From positions 1 to 24,878 of IMG/VR virus record IMGVR_UViG_3300034063_000291: a stretch of 24,878 nt of DNA; one strand, given 5' to 3'. The stretch's first letter is position 1, and every line of letters begins with the position of its first letter. The position numbers and the translations under genes were made by a program. The notes under the pieces are model-generated. The model ran no database searches and was not told the DNA's origin. It saw only the letters and a program-made list of their open reading frames with translations. Source of the stretch: a virus (Duplodnaviria; Caudoviricetes). Positions 7,730 through 17,226 of the stretch are shown piece after piece.

Positions 7730-9493
7730 ATGTCCTACTATATAGATGTGGTAAAAGATTCACCAATTGGCTTGTGGAAACTAGATGAGTCATCTGGCTC
7801 AGTGGCCTATGATATTTCTGGTTGTGGCAATCATGCATCTTATATCGGTCAAATATCTAAAGCGGGTATGCCTATAGTTTCTGGCGGTGCACATTCAAAT
7901 AAGATTGACACATCTAACTATATTCAGTTTACCATGTCAAAGGATTTTTCTGGAACAACTGGCACAGGTGGATTTGGAACATTTGATACCTATGATAATG
8001 ATTTTTCCATTGAAGCTTGGATACACCCAAAAACAATTACATCTTTGACTCCAATCTTAGCAGACTCCAACGGAATTGGTTTATATTGGGATAATGGAAA
8101 TATTGTTTTTAAATTAGAGTCAGAGCGAATAGATTATTCTGTTCCAAACCCAAACAGAGTTCTTCATGTTGTTGGAGTGTACTCTGTAAACTCAATGAGC
8201 CTATATCTAAATGGTGTTTTAGTGGCTACACAATCAATATCAATTAGGTTTTCGAATACAAGTATTTCTTTGTTATCTGGACCTGCACTGTCTGGAGAAT
8301 ATTTTTTAATTGATTGTCCAGCCGTCTACAGATATGCTTTACCTCAAAGAGCAATATTATCTCACTACAATAATTTATTTTTAAATAATGATGAGCAGGT
8401 GTCGGTACCAGACCTAGGTGAGTTATTTAAAGCTGGAGAAAGATATCAAGAAGTAGAAACTAAGTATGTTTATCCAGCTCAAGTAGCATGGGATACTCTT
8501 ATCTATGATAATAATGCTCTTTCTTATAGCAAAAATAATAATAGCATTTATTTAAATTCAGGATTTACTTCTGGAGAATTTGTAGAAGATATGGTTTTGA
8601 ATATAACAAAAAACTATGTATCCTCTAAGATTGACTGGGTTGCTTCCAGCGGAGTCTCTGTTTATGTTTCTGAAACTTCTGATTCTGGTCCGTGGACACT
8701 TTGCGTAAATGGATCTTCTATACCAGGATTTACTCAAGGTTCTAGCTTTTCCTCAACAAAGATTCTATATTTTAAATTTGTTTTTAGTTCTACAAATTCA
8801 GATGTATATTTACCAGAACTATACTCATTAAAAATTTATTTTTATTCTACAAAAAAAATGTTAGGGCACAGCGGTGGCAGTACTCTTTCTATATCTCAGC
8901 CAACAAGCGGGTCTATTTGGGATATAGATATAGCAAACGACAGTTACCCTATAAGACTTAGAGAAAGCAAAAGCGGGATAAGACCAAAATCTTCAGCATT
9001 CTATATTGATGCAATAAGCGAAAATAGAAATGTTGAAATGATATTTACTCCAAAATCTTTATCTAGCGGGCATCTAATATTTAATAAAACTGGATCTGTT
9101 GAGACAGCATTATCGTGGGCGGCAGGCGGAGCAATAACAAAGTCTAATATTAGCAATTTATATATAAATGGGCAGGACGCCTCATCTGCTACAAACATAT
9201 CATCTTACCTATATATAGGAGAGCCAAACTATATACTAATAAAAACATCTAGTAATATAACTGGGCAAATATGGTTTAATGGTAAACAGTTATTGGGTGT
9301 AAGATCTGGCGTATTAGACGATAATTTATATCAAAATATAGCTTTGTATGCCAACCCGTCAATTAGCCATCAAGAACATTATGACCTATATATTGGAAAA
9401 TCTGCCTCTATTGCTCAAGGATCGTCCATGGAGATGACAGAAGAGTCGGTGGCAACCTACTCTAGAGACAGAATTTTGTTCCAGGTAATATAG
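7730..9493 (+). CDS. LamG/concanavalin A-like domain virion protein (minor structural)
   Basis: SPIGLWKLDESSGSVAYDISG, FSIEAWI, HVVGVY...LYLNGVLVA, ID-x-PAVY-x-YAL...I-x2-HY are typical Laminin_G_3 motifs. Ser/Thr/Asn-rich, beta-type composition. Confidence 0.8.
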   Translation: MSYYIDVVKDSPIGLWKLDESSGSVAYDISGCGNHASYIGQISKAGMPIVSGGAHSNKIDTSNYIQFTMSKDFSGTTGTGGFGTFDTYDNDFSIEAWIHPKTITSLTPILADSNGIGLYWDNGNIVFKLESERIDYSVPNPNRVLHVVGVYSVNSMSLYLNGVLVATQSISIRFSNTSISLLSGPALSGEYFLIDCPAVYRYALPQRAILSHYNNLFLNNDEQVSVPDLGELFKAGERYQEVETKYVYPAQVAWDTLIYDNNALSYSKNNNSIYLNSGFTSGEFVEDMVLNITKNYVSSKIDWVASSGVSVYVSETSDSGPWTLCVNGSSIPGFTQGSSFSSTKILYFKFVFSSTNSDVYLPELYSLKIYFYSTKKMLGHSGGSTLSISQPTSGSIWDIDIANDSYPIRLRESKSGIRPKSSAFYIDAISENRNVEMIFTPKSLSSGHLIFNKTGSVETALSWAAGGAITKSNISNLYINGQDASSATNISSYLYIGEPNYILIKTSSNITGQIWFNGKQLLGVRSGVLDDNLYQNIALYANPSISHQEHYDLYIGKSASIAQGSSMEMTEESVATYSRDRILFQVI

Positions 9494-9516
9494 TTTTGTC
9501 ATCTTGAGTGACAAAA
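9494..9516. promoter_or_regulatory. inverted repeat TTTTGTCA-N7-TGACAAAA (operator or weak terminator)
   Basis: Perfect 8-bp arms at 9494-9501 and 9509-9516, directly upstream of a -35 box. Confidence 0.45.
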
Positions 9517-9519
9517 AGC

Positions 9520-9548
9520 TGGACTTGTAGACATAAAGATGGTAAAAT
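9520..9548 (+). promoter_or_regulatory. promoter for the portal operon (very short leader or leaderless)
   Basis: TGGACT (9520-9525), 17-bp spacer, TAAAAT (9543-9548) with a TGn extension. ATG 9557 lies 8 nt downstream with no RBS. Confidence 0.6.
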
Positions 9549-9556
9549 AATTAACT

Positions 9557-9901
9557 ATGGACATAAAAAGAATTAATGCTCAAATGAAATCTGGCGATAC
9601 CAGATTAGGTGTCTATGTTTGGGAAATGCCAGACGGTAGATGGGTTGGAGACGAAGACAATAACTTCCTTTCCATAGCATCTATGATTGGCAATAAAGAA
9701 AGAATTGCTTTGCTTGCTTCAGCTGTAGCACACTATGGAATAGATGTTGGGCAGCCTAAGTTTATTGAGGGAAGCAGACAAATTGATGATGAAGAGTTTG
9801 AGTATCAAAAGCAAAGATTAAGATGGGGTCTTACTCCAGATCCTTTGGATATTAGCGTACATAAAGAAGAAATGGCTAAGCTGAATGGTGGTAAAAAATG
9901 A
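9557..9901 (+). CDS. hypothetical protein preceding the portal
   Basis: 114-aa ORF with its own promoter and an ATGA overlap with the portal gene. No function recognised. Confidence 0.8.
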   Translation: MDIKRINAQMKSGDTRLGVYVWEMPDGRWVGDEDNNFLSIASMIGNKERIALLASAVAHYGIDVGQPKFIEGSRQIDDEEFEYQKQRLRWGLTPDPLDISVHKEEMAKLNGGKK

Positions 9902-11478
9902 TCGATAGCGAAGACGATATGTCTATCAATAATATAGAAGTTTCTAACGTGGCGGACTGGATGAGATTTAATAATCCAACCACTCAAAAATCAGACGACC
10001 TATTTGATATAGAAGGCGAAGATATTTTAAAGCTTTCGGGCCTAGGAGCTTCATTTAGAAGAAAAGTTTCTAGAGATCTTCAGAAAGCTTTTGTCGGAAA
10101 AGATGGTGCAGTTAGCCAGCAGTTGCAACATCAGCAAGCAGTTAGTGGGTATGCCACTTTTGATCTAATTCAGCCAGAATACAACCTAGACTATCTATCA
10201 ACAATTTATGAGATTTCTCCATACAACTATGCAGCTATAAATGCAAAGGTTGCAAACATTGTTGGATTAGGATTTGATTTTATCGAATCAAAAAAAACAA
10301 CAGATGCGCTAGATGAAATTAGTGATGAAAAGCAATTAGAAAGAGCACGTAAAAAGTTAAATAGAATTAAGCAAGACTTGCACAGATGGCTTGAAGATTG
10401 TAATGATGATGAGACTTTTAAAGAAACACTTATTAAGTTCTACACCGACATAGAGGCTACTGGTAATGGCTACCTGGAGGTCGGTAGAACGACAACTGGG
10501 AAGATAGGGTACATCGGTCATATCCCTTCGAAAACAATGCGTGTAAGACGCCTTAGAGACGGTTTTATACAGCTTCTTTATGGCAAGGCGGTATTCTTTA
10601 GAAACTTCGGGGATACAGAAACAATAAACCCTATAGCGGGTCAAGAAGATAGACCTAATGAAATTATTCATTTAAAGAAGTACACCCCAAAGAATAATTA
10701 TTATGGAATTCCAGATATTATTGCTGCACAAAATGCAATGGCTGGAAATGAATTTGCTGGTAAATATAATCTAGACTACTTTGAAAACAAGGCAGTCCCA
10801 CGATATATTATTACAGTTAAGGGAGCAAAGCTTTCTACAGAATCTGAAAGAAAACTACTTGAGTTTTTCCAAGTTGGGCTAAAGGGCAAAAACCATAGAT
10901 CCTTGTACATTCCCCTGCCACCAGATTCTCCAGACTCAAAGACTGAATTTAAAATGGAGCCAATTGAGGCTGGTACGCAAGAGTCCTCATTTAACGTTTA
11001 TCGTCAATCTAATAGAGACGAAATTTTAATGGCCCATAGAGTTCCAATTAATAAAATTGGCACTCCAGCTGGAATCAATTTGGCTGCAGCTAGAGATGCC
11101 GATAAAACATTTAAAGAGCAGGTTTGCCGCCCAGCTCAGGAAAATCTAGAAAAGAAATTAAATAAAATAATTCAAGAAATGACTGATGCCATGGAGCTTA
11201 AGTTTAATGAGCTTTCCTTGACCGATGCAGATACTCAGTCTAAGATAGATGAAAGATATCTTAGATTCCAGGTAATTACTCCAAATGAAATTAGAGTAAG
11301 AATGGGAATGGTTCCACGAGAAGGTGGAGATGTTCCAGTAGACCTTGCAGCCCAGGCAGCTGAGATTAAGGCTCAGGCTACTCAAAGTAGAGCCCGTGAC
11401 CAAGAGAGATCAGCAAATTCTCCAGATAAATCTGGGGAGGGCAGAAATGCAAAGGGAGATGGAAGACAAGTCAACTAG
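9898..11478 (+). CDS. phage portal protein (PBSX/HK97-like family)
   Basis: TGNGYLEV, EIIHLK...YYGIPD, YFENKAVP, EILMAHRVP, ITPNEIR-x2-MG motifs, and position before the protease and capsid genes. Confidence 0.95.
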   Translation: MIDSEDDMSINNIEVSNVADWMRFNNPTTQKSDDLFDIEGEDILKLSGLGASFRRKVSRDLQKAFVGKDGAVSQQLQHQQAVSGYATFDLIQPEYNLDYLSTIYEISPYNYAAINAKVANIVGLGFDFIESKKTTDALDEISDEKQLERARKKLNRIKQDLHRWLEDCNDDETFKETLIKFYTDIEATGNGYLEVGRTTTGKIGYIGHIPSKTMRVRRLRDGFIQLLYGKAVFFRNFGDTETINPIAGQEDRPNEIIHLKKYTPKNNYYGIPDIIAAQNAMAGNEFAGKYNLDYFENKAVPRYIITVKGAKLSTESERKLLEFFQVGLKGKNHRSLYIPLPPDSPDSKTEFKMEPIEAGTQESSFNVYRQSNRDEILMAHRVPINKIGTPAGINLAAARDADKTFKEQVCRPAQENLEKKLNKIIQEMTDAMELKFNELSLTDADTQSKIDERYLRFQVITPNEIRVRMGMVPREGGDVPVDLAAQAAEIKAQATQSRARDQERSANSPDKSGEGRNAKGDGRQVN

Positions 11479-11496
11479 TCCTACTCAACTAGTTAT

Positions 11497-11525
11497 TTGC
11501 CTTTTGATACAACAATCTCTATAAT
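11497..11525 (+). promoter_or_regulatory. promoter for the protease/capsid genes
   Basis: TTGCCT (11497-11502), 17-bp spacer, TATAAT (11520-11525). ATG 11535 lies 9 nt downstream with no RBS. Confidence 0.75.
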
Positions 11526-11534
11526 ATATAACAT

Positions 11535-12854
11535 ATGATCATAGAAAAGTCACATTGGTCCTCTAATGGAAATGCTATTAATTTATCAGTTCCATTTACA
11601 AAGGTCAATAGAGAAAAAAGAACAGTCTCAGGATTCGCTACACTAGATAACCTGGATCAGACTGGTGATGTCGTTACCCAAGAAGCTAGCATGAAAGCGT
11701 TTGAAAGCTTTAGAGGTAATCTAAGAGAAATGCATCAGCCTCTTGCAGTTGGCAAGGTTGCATCGTTCCGTCCAGAAACTTTTTATGACCCAACAACAAA
11801 AGAATTTTACAACGGAGTTTACGTTGACGCATACATTTCAAAAGGCGCACAGGATACCTGGGAGAAAGTTCTAGATGGAACTCTAACTGGATTTTCAATT
11901 GGCGGAAAGATTCTAGAATCAGATAACGAAGTAAACAAATCAACTGGAGCATCTGTAAGATTTATTAAAGATTATGCACTAGTAGAACTATCAATCGTTG
12001 ATTCACCAGCAAATGAACTATGTAACATTCTATCTATTGAAAAAGTAAACGGACAAATGATTTTTAAGGGCATCGCAGCAGATGTCAAAATGGAAAATAT
12101 TTTTTATTGTGCAGATAGCGATTCTGTTTTTATGTCAACAGAATCAGAATACTTGTCTCCAGTTACTGGAAAGAAAACAGAACTTATTGGATGGGTTGAA
12201 TCTAACGACGTAAACAAAGCAAAAGAAATAGAGAAGATTCTTGATTCACGTAGATCAAGATTGCAAACATTGCCTGACAACACAAATATAAATATGGCAA
12301 TTGCAGAAGGAGGAAATGAAGTGGAAAAGCTTAATGTAAAAGAAGCAACTCCAGTAGTAGAAGAAGCAGTAGCTCCAGAAGCACCTGCAGAAATTATTGA
12401 AGAAGTTGCCCCAGTAGAACAAGAGTCTGCTGAAGTTGTAGCTGAAGAAACTTCTGCCGAAGTTCTGGAAAAATCAGCAGAACTAACAACTCAGGAATCA
12501 CCTGACTTTGTTAAAATGCTAGGCGACCTTAAGGGTTTCTTCTCAGAGACTTTGGAAAAGGCCTCTGAGGCAAACGCTGCTCAGGTTTCAACAATCAAGG
12601 AAACAGTCGAAGCTTTTAGCAAGAATGTCGATTTGAGAATTTCAGAATTAGCAGAAAAGCACACAGAACTCTCAACAGCAGTTGATTCAATTAAGTCCAT
12701 CATGGACACAGTTGAAAAAAGAGTAGACGCAGTAGAATCAGACACTGCAATCAAGAAGTCCTCTGACCTTGGCGGGTCAGTTGGAGTAACAACAATCAAA
12801 AAATCAAAATGGAACGGCACTTTCCTCGGTTCCGTTAGCGAATTAACAAAATAA
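11535..12854 (+). CDS. prohead maturation protease (HK97-type) fused to a C-terminal scaffold domain
   Basis: VSGFAT...DQTGDVV, LREMHQ (His), TGFSIGG (Ser), ELSIVDSPAN. The C-terminus is acidic, Glu/Ala-rich and coiled-coil-like. Confidence 0.92.
   Translation: MIIEKSHWSSNGNAINLSVPFTKVNREKRTVSGFATLDNLDQTGDVVTQEASMKAFESFRGNLREMHQPLAVGKVASFRPETFYDPTTKEFYNGVYVDAYISKGAQDTWEKVLDGTLTGFSIGGKILESDNEVNKSTGASVRFIKDYALVELSIVDSPANELCNILSIEKVNGQMIFKGIAADVKMENIFYCADSDSVFMSTESEYLSPVTGKKTELIGWVESNDVNKAKEIEKILDSRRSRLQTLPDNTNINMAIAEGGNEVEKLNVKEATPVVEEAVAPEAPAEIIEEVAPVEQESAEVVAEETSAEVLEKSAELTTQESPDFVKMLGDLKGFFSETLEKASEANAAQVSTIKETVEAFSKNVDLRISELAEKHTELSTAVDSIKSIMDTVEKRVDAVESDTAIKKSSDLGGSVGVTTIKKSKWNGTFLGSVSELTK
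12321..12854 (+). CDS. nested in-frame scaffold protein (internal start)
   Basis: AAGGAGG at 12307-12313 followed by in-frame GTG at 12321, exactly where the acidic/coiled-coil region begins. Confidence 0.6.
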   Translation: MEKLNVKEATPVVEEAVAPEAPAEIIEEVAPVEQESAEVVAEETSAEVLEKSAELTTQESPDFVKMLGDLKGFFSETLEKASEANAAQVSTIKETVEAFSKNVDLRISELAEKHTELSTAVDSIKSIMDTVEKRVDAVESDTAIKKSSDLGGSVGVTTIKKSKWNGTFLGSVSELTK

Positions 12855-12872
12855 GGGTATGGTGAAAAACTA

Positions 12873-13922
12873 ATGAGTAATGAACTATTAGCAAAAGCAG
12901 CTGAAGCAGGCACAACACTAACAGGTGGAATGACTGGCGCAGCAAACCCTACCGACGGAATTCACGTAGGTTCCGAGGGTAAGGGAGGCTTGCTCAATCC
13001 TGAGCAATCCGCAAGATTCCTAGATTACATGTTCGATGCAACAGTAATCGGTAAAGTAGCACGTACAGTTCGAATGAGAGCTGACACTACAGAGATTGAT
13101 CGTATTGGCGTCGGTGAGAAGCTTATGAAGCTTGCAGCTGAAGCAGAGAACACTGGCTCAAACGCAGCCGTACAGTTCTCAAAGATTTCTCTCACAACAA
13201 AGAAGCTTCGTCTAGATTGGGAGCTTTCAACTGAGTCTCTAGAAGACAACATTGAAGGTGCAGATCTAGAAGATCACATTGCAAGACTTATGGCAACACA
13301 GGCTGGTAACGACCTTGAGGACGTAGTCCTTAACGGTAACACAGCTCTAACTGGAGATGCACTTTACAAGTCATTCGACGGTGTTGTTAAGATTGCAAAG
13401 GCAAACGGCCACGTAGTAGCTGGAGCGGGCGCAGCAATTTCCCGTGAAATCTTCAACAAGGCTCTTAAGGCAATGCCACGTAAGTATAAGCAGCGTCGTC
13501 CAGACCTACGCTTCCTTGCTGGCTCAAACCTAATTCAAGACTACTTGTACTCAACATCACAGAACATCCAGAACGTTAACCCACAAGATATTGCTTCAAG
13601 CATTATCCGTGGAGACCAGGGTGGTCTAGGTGGTCCAGCAGGTTATGTAGCGCCATTCGCATTTGGTATTCCAATTGTTGAAGTTCCACTACTAAAAGAA
13701 ACCCAGACTGGTTCATATGCAACACCAACAGGAGATCACGGAGACGTCCACTTGACATTCCCAAATAACGTTGTTATTGGTATCAAGCGCGATGTAACTG
13801 TTTACCGATTCTTCTGGCCAAAGAAGGACTCAATCGAATATACAATGTATACTCGTGTTGGAACCCAAATTGAGCAGGCAGATGCATGGGTAGTCGTAAA
13901 AGACGTTAAGGTTGCTTCTTAA
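12873..13922 (+). CDS. major capsid protein (HK97 fold)
   Basis: GGLLNPEQSARFLD, WELSTESLEDNIEG, GNDLEDVVLNG, GIPIVEVP. It follows the protease/scaffold gene and precedes a strong terminator. Confidence 0.95.
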   Translation: MSNELLAKAAEAGTTLTGGMTGAANPTDGIHVGSEGKGGLLNPEQSARFLDYMFDATVIGKVARTVRMRADTTEIDRIGVGEKLMKLAAEAENTGSNAAVQFSKISLTTKKLRLDWELSTESLEDNIEGADLEDHIARLMATQAGNDLEDVVLNGNTALTGDALYKSFDGVVKIAKANGHVVAGAGAAISREIFNKALKAMPRKYKQRRPDLRFLAGSNLIQDYLYSTSQNIQNVNPQDIASSIIRGDQGGLGGPAGYVAPFAFGIPIVEVPLLKETQTGSYATPTGDHGDVHLTFPNNVVIGIKRDVTVYRFFWPKKDSIEYTMYTRVGTQIEQADAWVVVKDVKVAS

Positions 13923-13942
13923 TTAAATAAGAAATAACTACC

Positions 13943-13979
13943 GAAAGGCCCCTAATTAATTTTAGGGGCTTTTCATTTT
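13943..13979 (+). terminator. Rho-independent terminator after the capsid gene
   Basis: GCCCCTAA (13948-13955) pairs with TTAGGGGC (13962-13969), followed by TTTTCATTTT. Confidence 0.85.
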
Positions 13980-13989
13980 AATTTTATAG

Positions 13990-13998
13990 TGCTATAAT
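13990..13998 (+). promoter_or_regulatory. extended -10 promoter for the head-tail joining genes
   Basis: TGCTATAAT, then RBS AAGGAG at 14013-14018 and ATG 14024. Confidence 0.65.
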
Positions 13999-14023
13999 TT
14001 ATATACATACCAAAGGAGTATAT

Positions 14024-14422
14024 ATGTCATTTGACACACTTAAAGTCAAGGATCTAAAAGCATTGGCAGCAAACTTTGCAGTTGATGTTGATGGACTAAA
14101 AAATAAAGCAGATGTAATTGCGGCACTTGCAGAAGAAGGGGTAACTTGGTCAGTTTACCAAGGGACACTTAAAAATATAGAAAATGCAAAAGAAGATGCA
14201 GATGAAATTCTTCCTAGACTTGATCCAAGTCAAAAGCTTGATGAAGATATGATTCTAGTAAAGATGGATAGACCAAATGCTAGATATGATGCACTAGGTT
14301 TCACATTTACAAGAGATCATCCATTTGTAGCAATGAAGCCCGATGTGGCTCAAGAAATTTTTGATAAGGAGGAAGGGTTTAGATTGGCTACACCTAGAGA
14401 AGTACAGGAGTATTACAACTAA
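14024..14422 (+). CDS. hypothetical protein with an N-terminal HeH/Rho-N/SAP-like motif
   Basis: FDTLKVKDLKALA-x2-FAVD-x2-GLKNKADVIAAL matches the helix-extension-helix pattern often seen after capsid genes. Confidence 0.7.
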   Translation: MSFDTLKVKDLKALAANFAVDVDGLKNKADVIAALAEEGVTWSVYQGTLKNIENAKEDADEILPRLDPSQKLDEDMILVKMDRPNARYDALGFTFTRDHPFVAMKPDVAQEIFDKEEGFRLATPREVQEYYN

Positions 14423-14431
14423 GCCTAACAT

Positions 14432-15412
14432 ATGGCAGAGATATTATTAAATTCTCAATCACCAATAACGCATCAAGTATTCTGGAATGGTGATATAGGA
14501 ACACCTGTTTCTAACCCAACAGTAAAACTTTATGACGTTACTATTGATCCAACAATAAGTCCATCAATAAGCCCAACTACTATTCTAGAAACCCTAAATT
14601 CTGTTTTGGATGAAAACAATCCAGGAACTTATGTGGTTTACATTCCTTATAATTATACGGATAGAAATAGAACTCTTAGGCTAAAATGGGAGTACTATAT
14701 GGGAGAAAAGTATGTAAGCAGAGTTGATGAGGTTTATGTTGTAACTCCATATGTTGATTTTAACCATGTTCAAGATTTAGGTTTTAGCGTAGATGCCTCA
14801 GACCCTAATTACAAAAGCTACAAGGAATTGATGCTAGCAGAAAGATTCGCTAGAAAGCAAATAGAATCTTACACTTCTCAGAAATTCTTTTTGTACGATG
14901 ACGTAGTTGTTTTAAATGGATTTGATTCAGATGTTTTGCCTTTGCCTAATAAAATAAACGATTTGCATGAGTTGTATGCAGACGACTCCTTGCTTTTGGA
15001 TAATATCTCTGAGATAAACAACTGGGGATTTGCTGTAGAAGTAAGTCCAACAGGCTACGGTATAAAGTTAGACAAGTCTTCTCTTTTAGATAACTACACT
15101 TATATTGCAAATGGATTAGTGCCTCCTTCTTTTTATGACAACCCTGGAGTATTTAGAAGTGACGTTTCTTATAAAGTTCAAGGAAGATTTGGATGGGAAA
15201 AAGTCCCAGACGATATAGAGCTTGCAGCAATAGAATTGATGAAAGACTATTTTGCAAAAGATCATGTCTGGAGAAACAAGTATGTTAAAAAAATATCTAC
15301 TTTTGATTGGGACTTTGAATTTACTTCAGACGTTTATGCAGGAACAGGAAACGCTTACGCAGACGCTTTATTGTCAGACTACGTAATGTCTGCAAAAGTA
15401 CAGGTAATATAA
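14432..15412 (+). CDS. head-tail adaptor/connector protein
   Basis: A-x3-IESYT-x-QKF and GRFGWEKVPDDIELAAIELM...ADALLSDY connector-like motifs, with an extra N-terminal beta domain, plus synteny. Confidence 0.75.
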   Translation: MAEILLNSQSPITHQVFWNGDIGTPVSNPTVKLYDVTIDPTISPSISPTTILETLNSVLDENNPGTYVVYIPYNYTDRNRTLRLKWEYYMGEKYVSRVDEVYVVTPYVDFNHVQDLGFSVDASDPNYKSYKELMLAERFARKQIESYTSQKFFLYDDVVVLNGFDSDVLPLPNKINDLHELYADDSLLLDNISEINNWGFAVEVSPTGYGIKLDKSSLLDNYTYIANGLVPPSFYDNPGVFRSDVSYKVQGRFGWEKVPDDIELAAIELMKDYFAKDHVWRNKYVKKISTFDWDFEFTSDVYAGTGNAYADALLSDYVMSAKVQVI

Positions 15413-15840
15413 TGTTAGACCTAGTAGACTCTATGCTCTCAATGAAGTTTGATTTGTATAGACAGTATGAGGAGCAAGATAAAGATACTGGGGCTATAAA
15501 AAAAGAATGGCATTATCAAAAAACTGTAGATTGTTATGCAAAAGGAATTATAACAAATTCATCAACCACACGTTCAGGAGATAAGCAAAGCTTTAACAAT
15601 AAGTATTCAAATGAACAGATAATCCAAGTTAGAACTTCTGAAAGAATAACTATGCGTGATAAGATTACAAACATAAGAGATTCTTCAGGCACTGTTATTT
15701 GGACAGAACTTAATTATCCAACTGAAACTCCAACTGTTTTTGAAGTTATGGGAGTTACCCCTCTAACAGACCCATTTGGAAGCACGATAGGATACAACTC
15801 TTCGATGAAGAGATCGGAGAATCAGCAAATTGGCATCTGA
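15412..15840 (+). CDS. putative head closure (stopper) protein
   Basis: Size, synteny, and a QD-x2-TG-x4-W motif near the N-terminus. Confidence 0.6.
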   Translation: MLDLVDSMLSMKFDLYRQYEEQDKDTGAIKKEWHYQKTVDCYAKGIITNSSTTRSGDKQSFNNKYSNEQIIQVRTSERITMRDKITNIRDSSGTVIWTELNYPTETPTVFEVMGVTPLTDPFGSTIGYNSSMKRSENQQIGI

Positions 15841-16621
15841 AATTTTAGCAATTAAAGCGGCAAGCGGATTAGTTAATCTTATGGCCAATAAGCCAGCAAG
15901 TGGTGCAATAAAAGACAGTACAGTTGCACAAATATCTGCTGCTCTATTTTATAAAACAAATGTAATGGCTAAGCTCACAGGAAATGCTCAATTTCAATCA
16001 GCATTTAGAAATGTTATATTTGATCAGCTTCAAGTTGATTTTGGAGATTATATCGATGCAAAAGCAAGAACCGCTCCAAGATCTTTTCATCACGTATACG
16101 AGTGGGGAAGAGTTGGCGAAAATGAAGCAAGACTGTTTGAATTAAAGAAACTTCCTTCCGATGGCCTTTCGTTAAAAGTTAATTATGAGTTGCTAGATTC
16201 ACAATCCTTTGTGCCTTCTGAAAACTCTAATAATAAGCACGTCTTTGTCAAGAAAGCTTCAATTATGGAAGAAGGCAAGACTGTAGTTATTTCCCCAAGA
16301 TTTTCTGAGAGGCTTGTGTTCGATGTAGACGGATATACAGTATTCATGCCAAAGGGGCAATCAGTTACTGTTAAAAAGCCAGGCGGAGCGGCAACTAAAA
16401 ATGCGTTCTTTGCACAATATAGATACTTCTTTACTGGACAGCTAGTAAGCATGTCTATAAAAAAATCGGGATTCCAAAGACTATTTAATTCATCACTATC
16501 TAGAGCATTAGGAGTACCAGCACAAATTAAATCAGTTAAATATAGCTTCTCTCCAAATCAATTGGCGAATGAGGCAGAAATTGCAACATCAGCTGCATTT
16601 GCGAGGTTTGTAAATGGCTAA
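15830..16621 (+). CDS. putative neck/tail completion protein
   Basis: TTG start with GGAG upstream. Basic protein located between the stopper and the tail terminator; function assigned by synteny only. Confidence 0.55.
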   Translation: MASEILAIKAASGLVNLMANKPASGAIKDSTVAQISAALFYKTNVMAKLTGNAQFQSAFRNVIFDQLQVDFGDYIDAKARTAPRSFHHVYEWGRVGENEARLFELKKLPSDGLSLKVNYELLDSQSFVPSENSNNKHVFVKKASIMEEGKTVVISPRFSERLVFDVDGYTVFMPKGQSVTVKKPGGAATKNAFFAQYRYFFTGQLVSMSIKKSGFQRLFNSSLSRALGVPAQIKSVKYSFSPNQLANEAEIATSAAFARFVNG

Positions 16622-17123
16622 TTATAAATTAGATGCTATGTTTGAAATAAGAAAGTTCTTATGGAATAGACTCACATGGCTTGGCATATTTGATGAGAGC
16701 GAGTATTACTCAGACAATCTAGGTGAGTCTTTGGTACCAATAGTTCCAGTTCAGCAGCAGCCAGAAATGAATCAGTTCTTTAGCGGAAAAAAGCACATAG
16801 TTTATGATAAGGTTGGAATGTCATATGAGAACAACTGGATGATATGCTGCGAGCAGATCCTTCTTACCCTATATTCACCTGACTTGCTGGATATTGTTGA
16901 GATGAGAAACTTCCTTACAGATGAATTTAGAAGAATGGATGAGTCTGCCAGAGATGTGAATAAATGGGCGGGGCTATCAGATAAATTCAAGTTCCATAGT
17001 ATCCATATAGCAGATATATCATCTACAGCCCCATCAGAAGAAATACAAGGCTTCTATGCAGCAGATGTAATATTGGAAGTAAAGTATTCAAGAATAACAG
17101 ATGGCCAAGGCAGATTTGCCTAA
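16614..17123 (+). CDS. putative tail terminator protein
   Basis: Acidic 169-aa protein immediately before the tail tube gene; function assigned by synteny. Confidence 0.6.
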   Translation: MANYKLDAMFEIRKFLWNRLTWLGIFDESEYYSDNLGESLVPIVPVQQQPEMNQFFSGKKHIVYDKVGMSYENNWMICCEQILLTLYSPDLLDIVEMRNFLTDEFRRMDESARDVNKWAGLSDKFKFHSIHIADISSTAPSEEIQGFYAADVILEVKYSRITDGQGRFA

Positions 17124-17124
17124 T

Positions 17125-17153
17125 TTGCCTTTTATACCCTAGTAGAGTAAAAT
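17125..17153 (+). promoter_or_regulatory. promoter for the tail tube gene
   Basis: TTGCCT (17125-17130), 17-bp spacer, TAAAAT (17148-17153). The TTTGCCTTTT context is the same as at the 11497 promoter. Confidence 0.7.
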
Positions 17154-17226
17154 TAGACTAGAGGAAAGGGCCTAGCCAGCCACATATATATATATCAATT
17201 TCATGAAATCAGGAGGCAATACAATT

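Noticed and set aside
11471-11493. Direct repeat TCAACTAGT x2 at the portal stop
   Set aside because: Only 9 bp and two copies, one overlapping the stop codon; not enough to call a site.
2545-17226. ORF-track starts at 2545, 3233, 6378 and 17203
   Set aside because: Downstream ATGs (2560, 3281, 6423, 17227) have better RBS, coupling or paralogue alignment. The 6378 start remains possible through its ATGA overlap.
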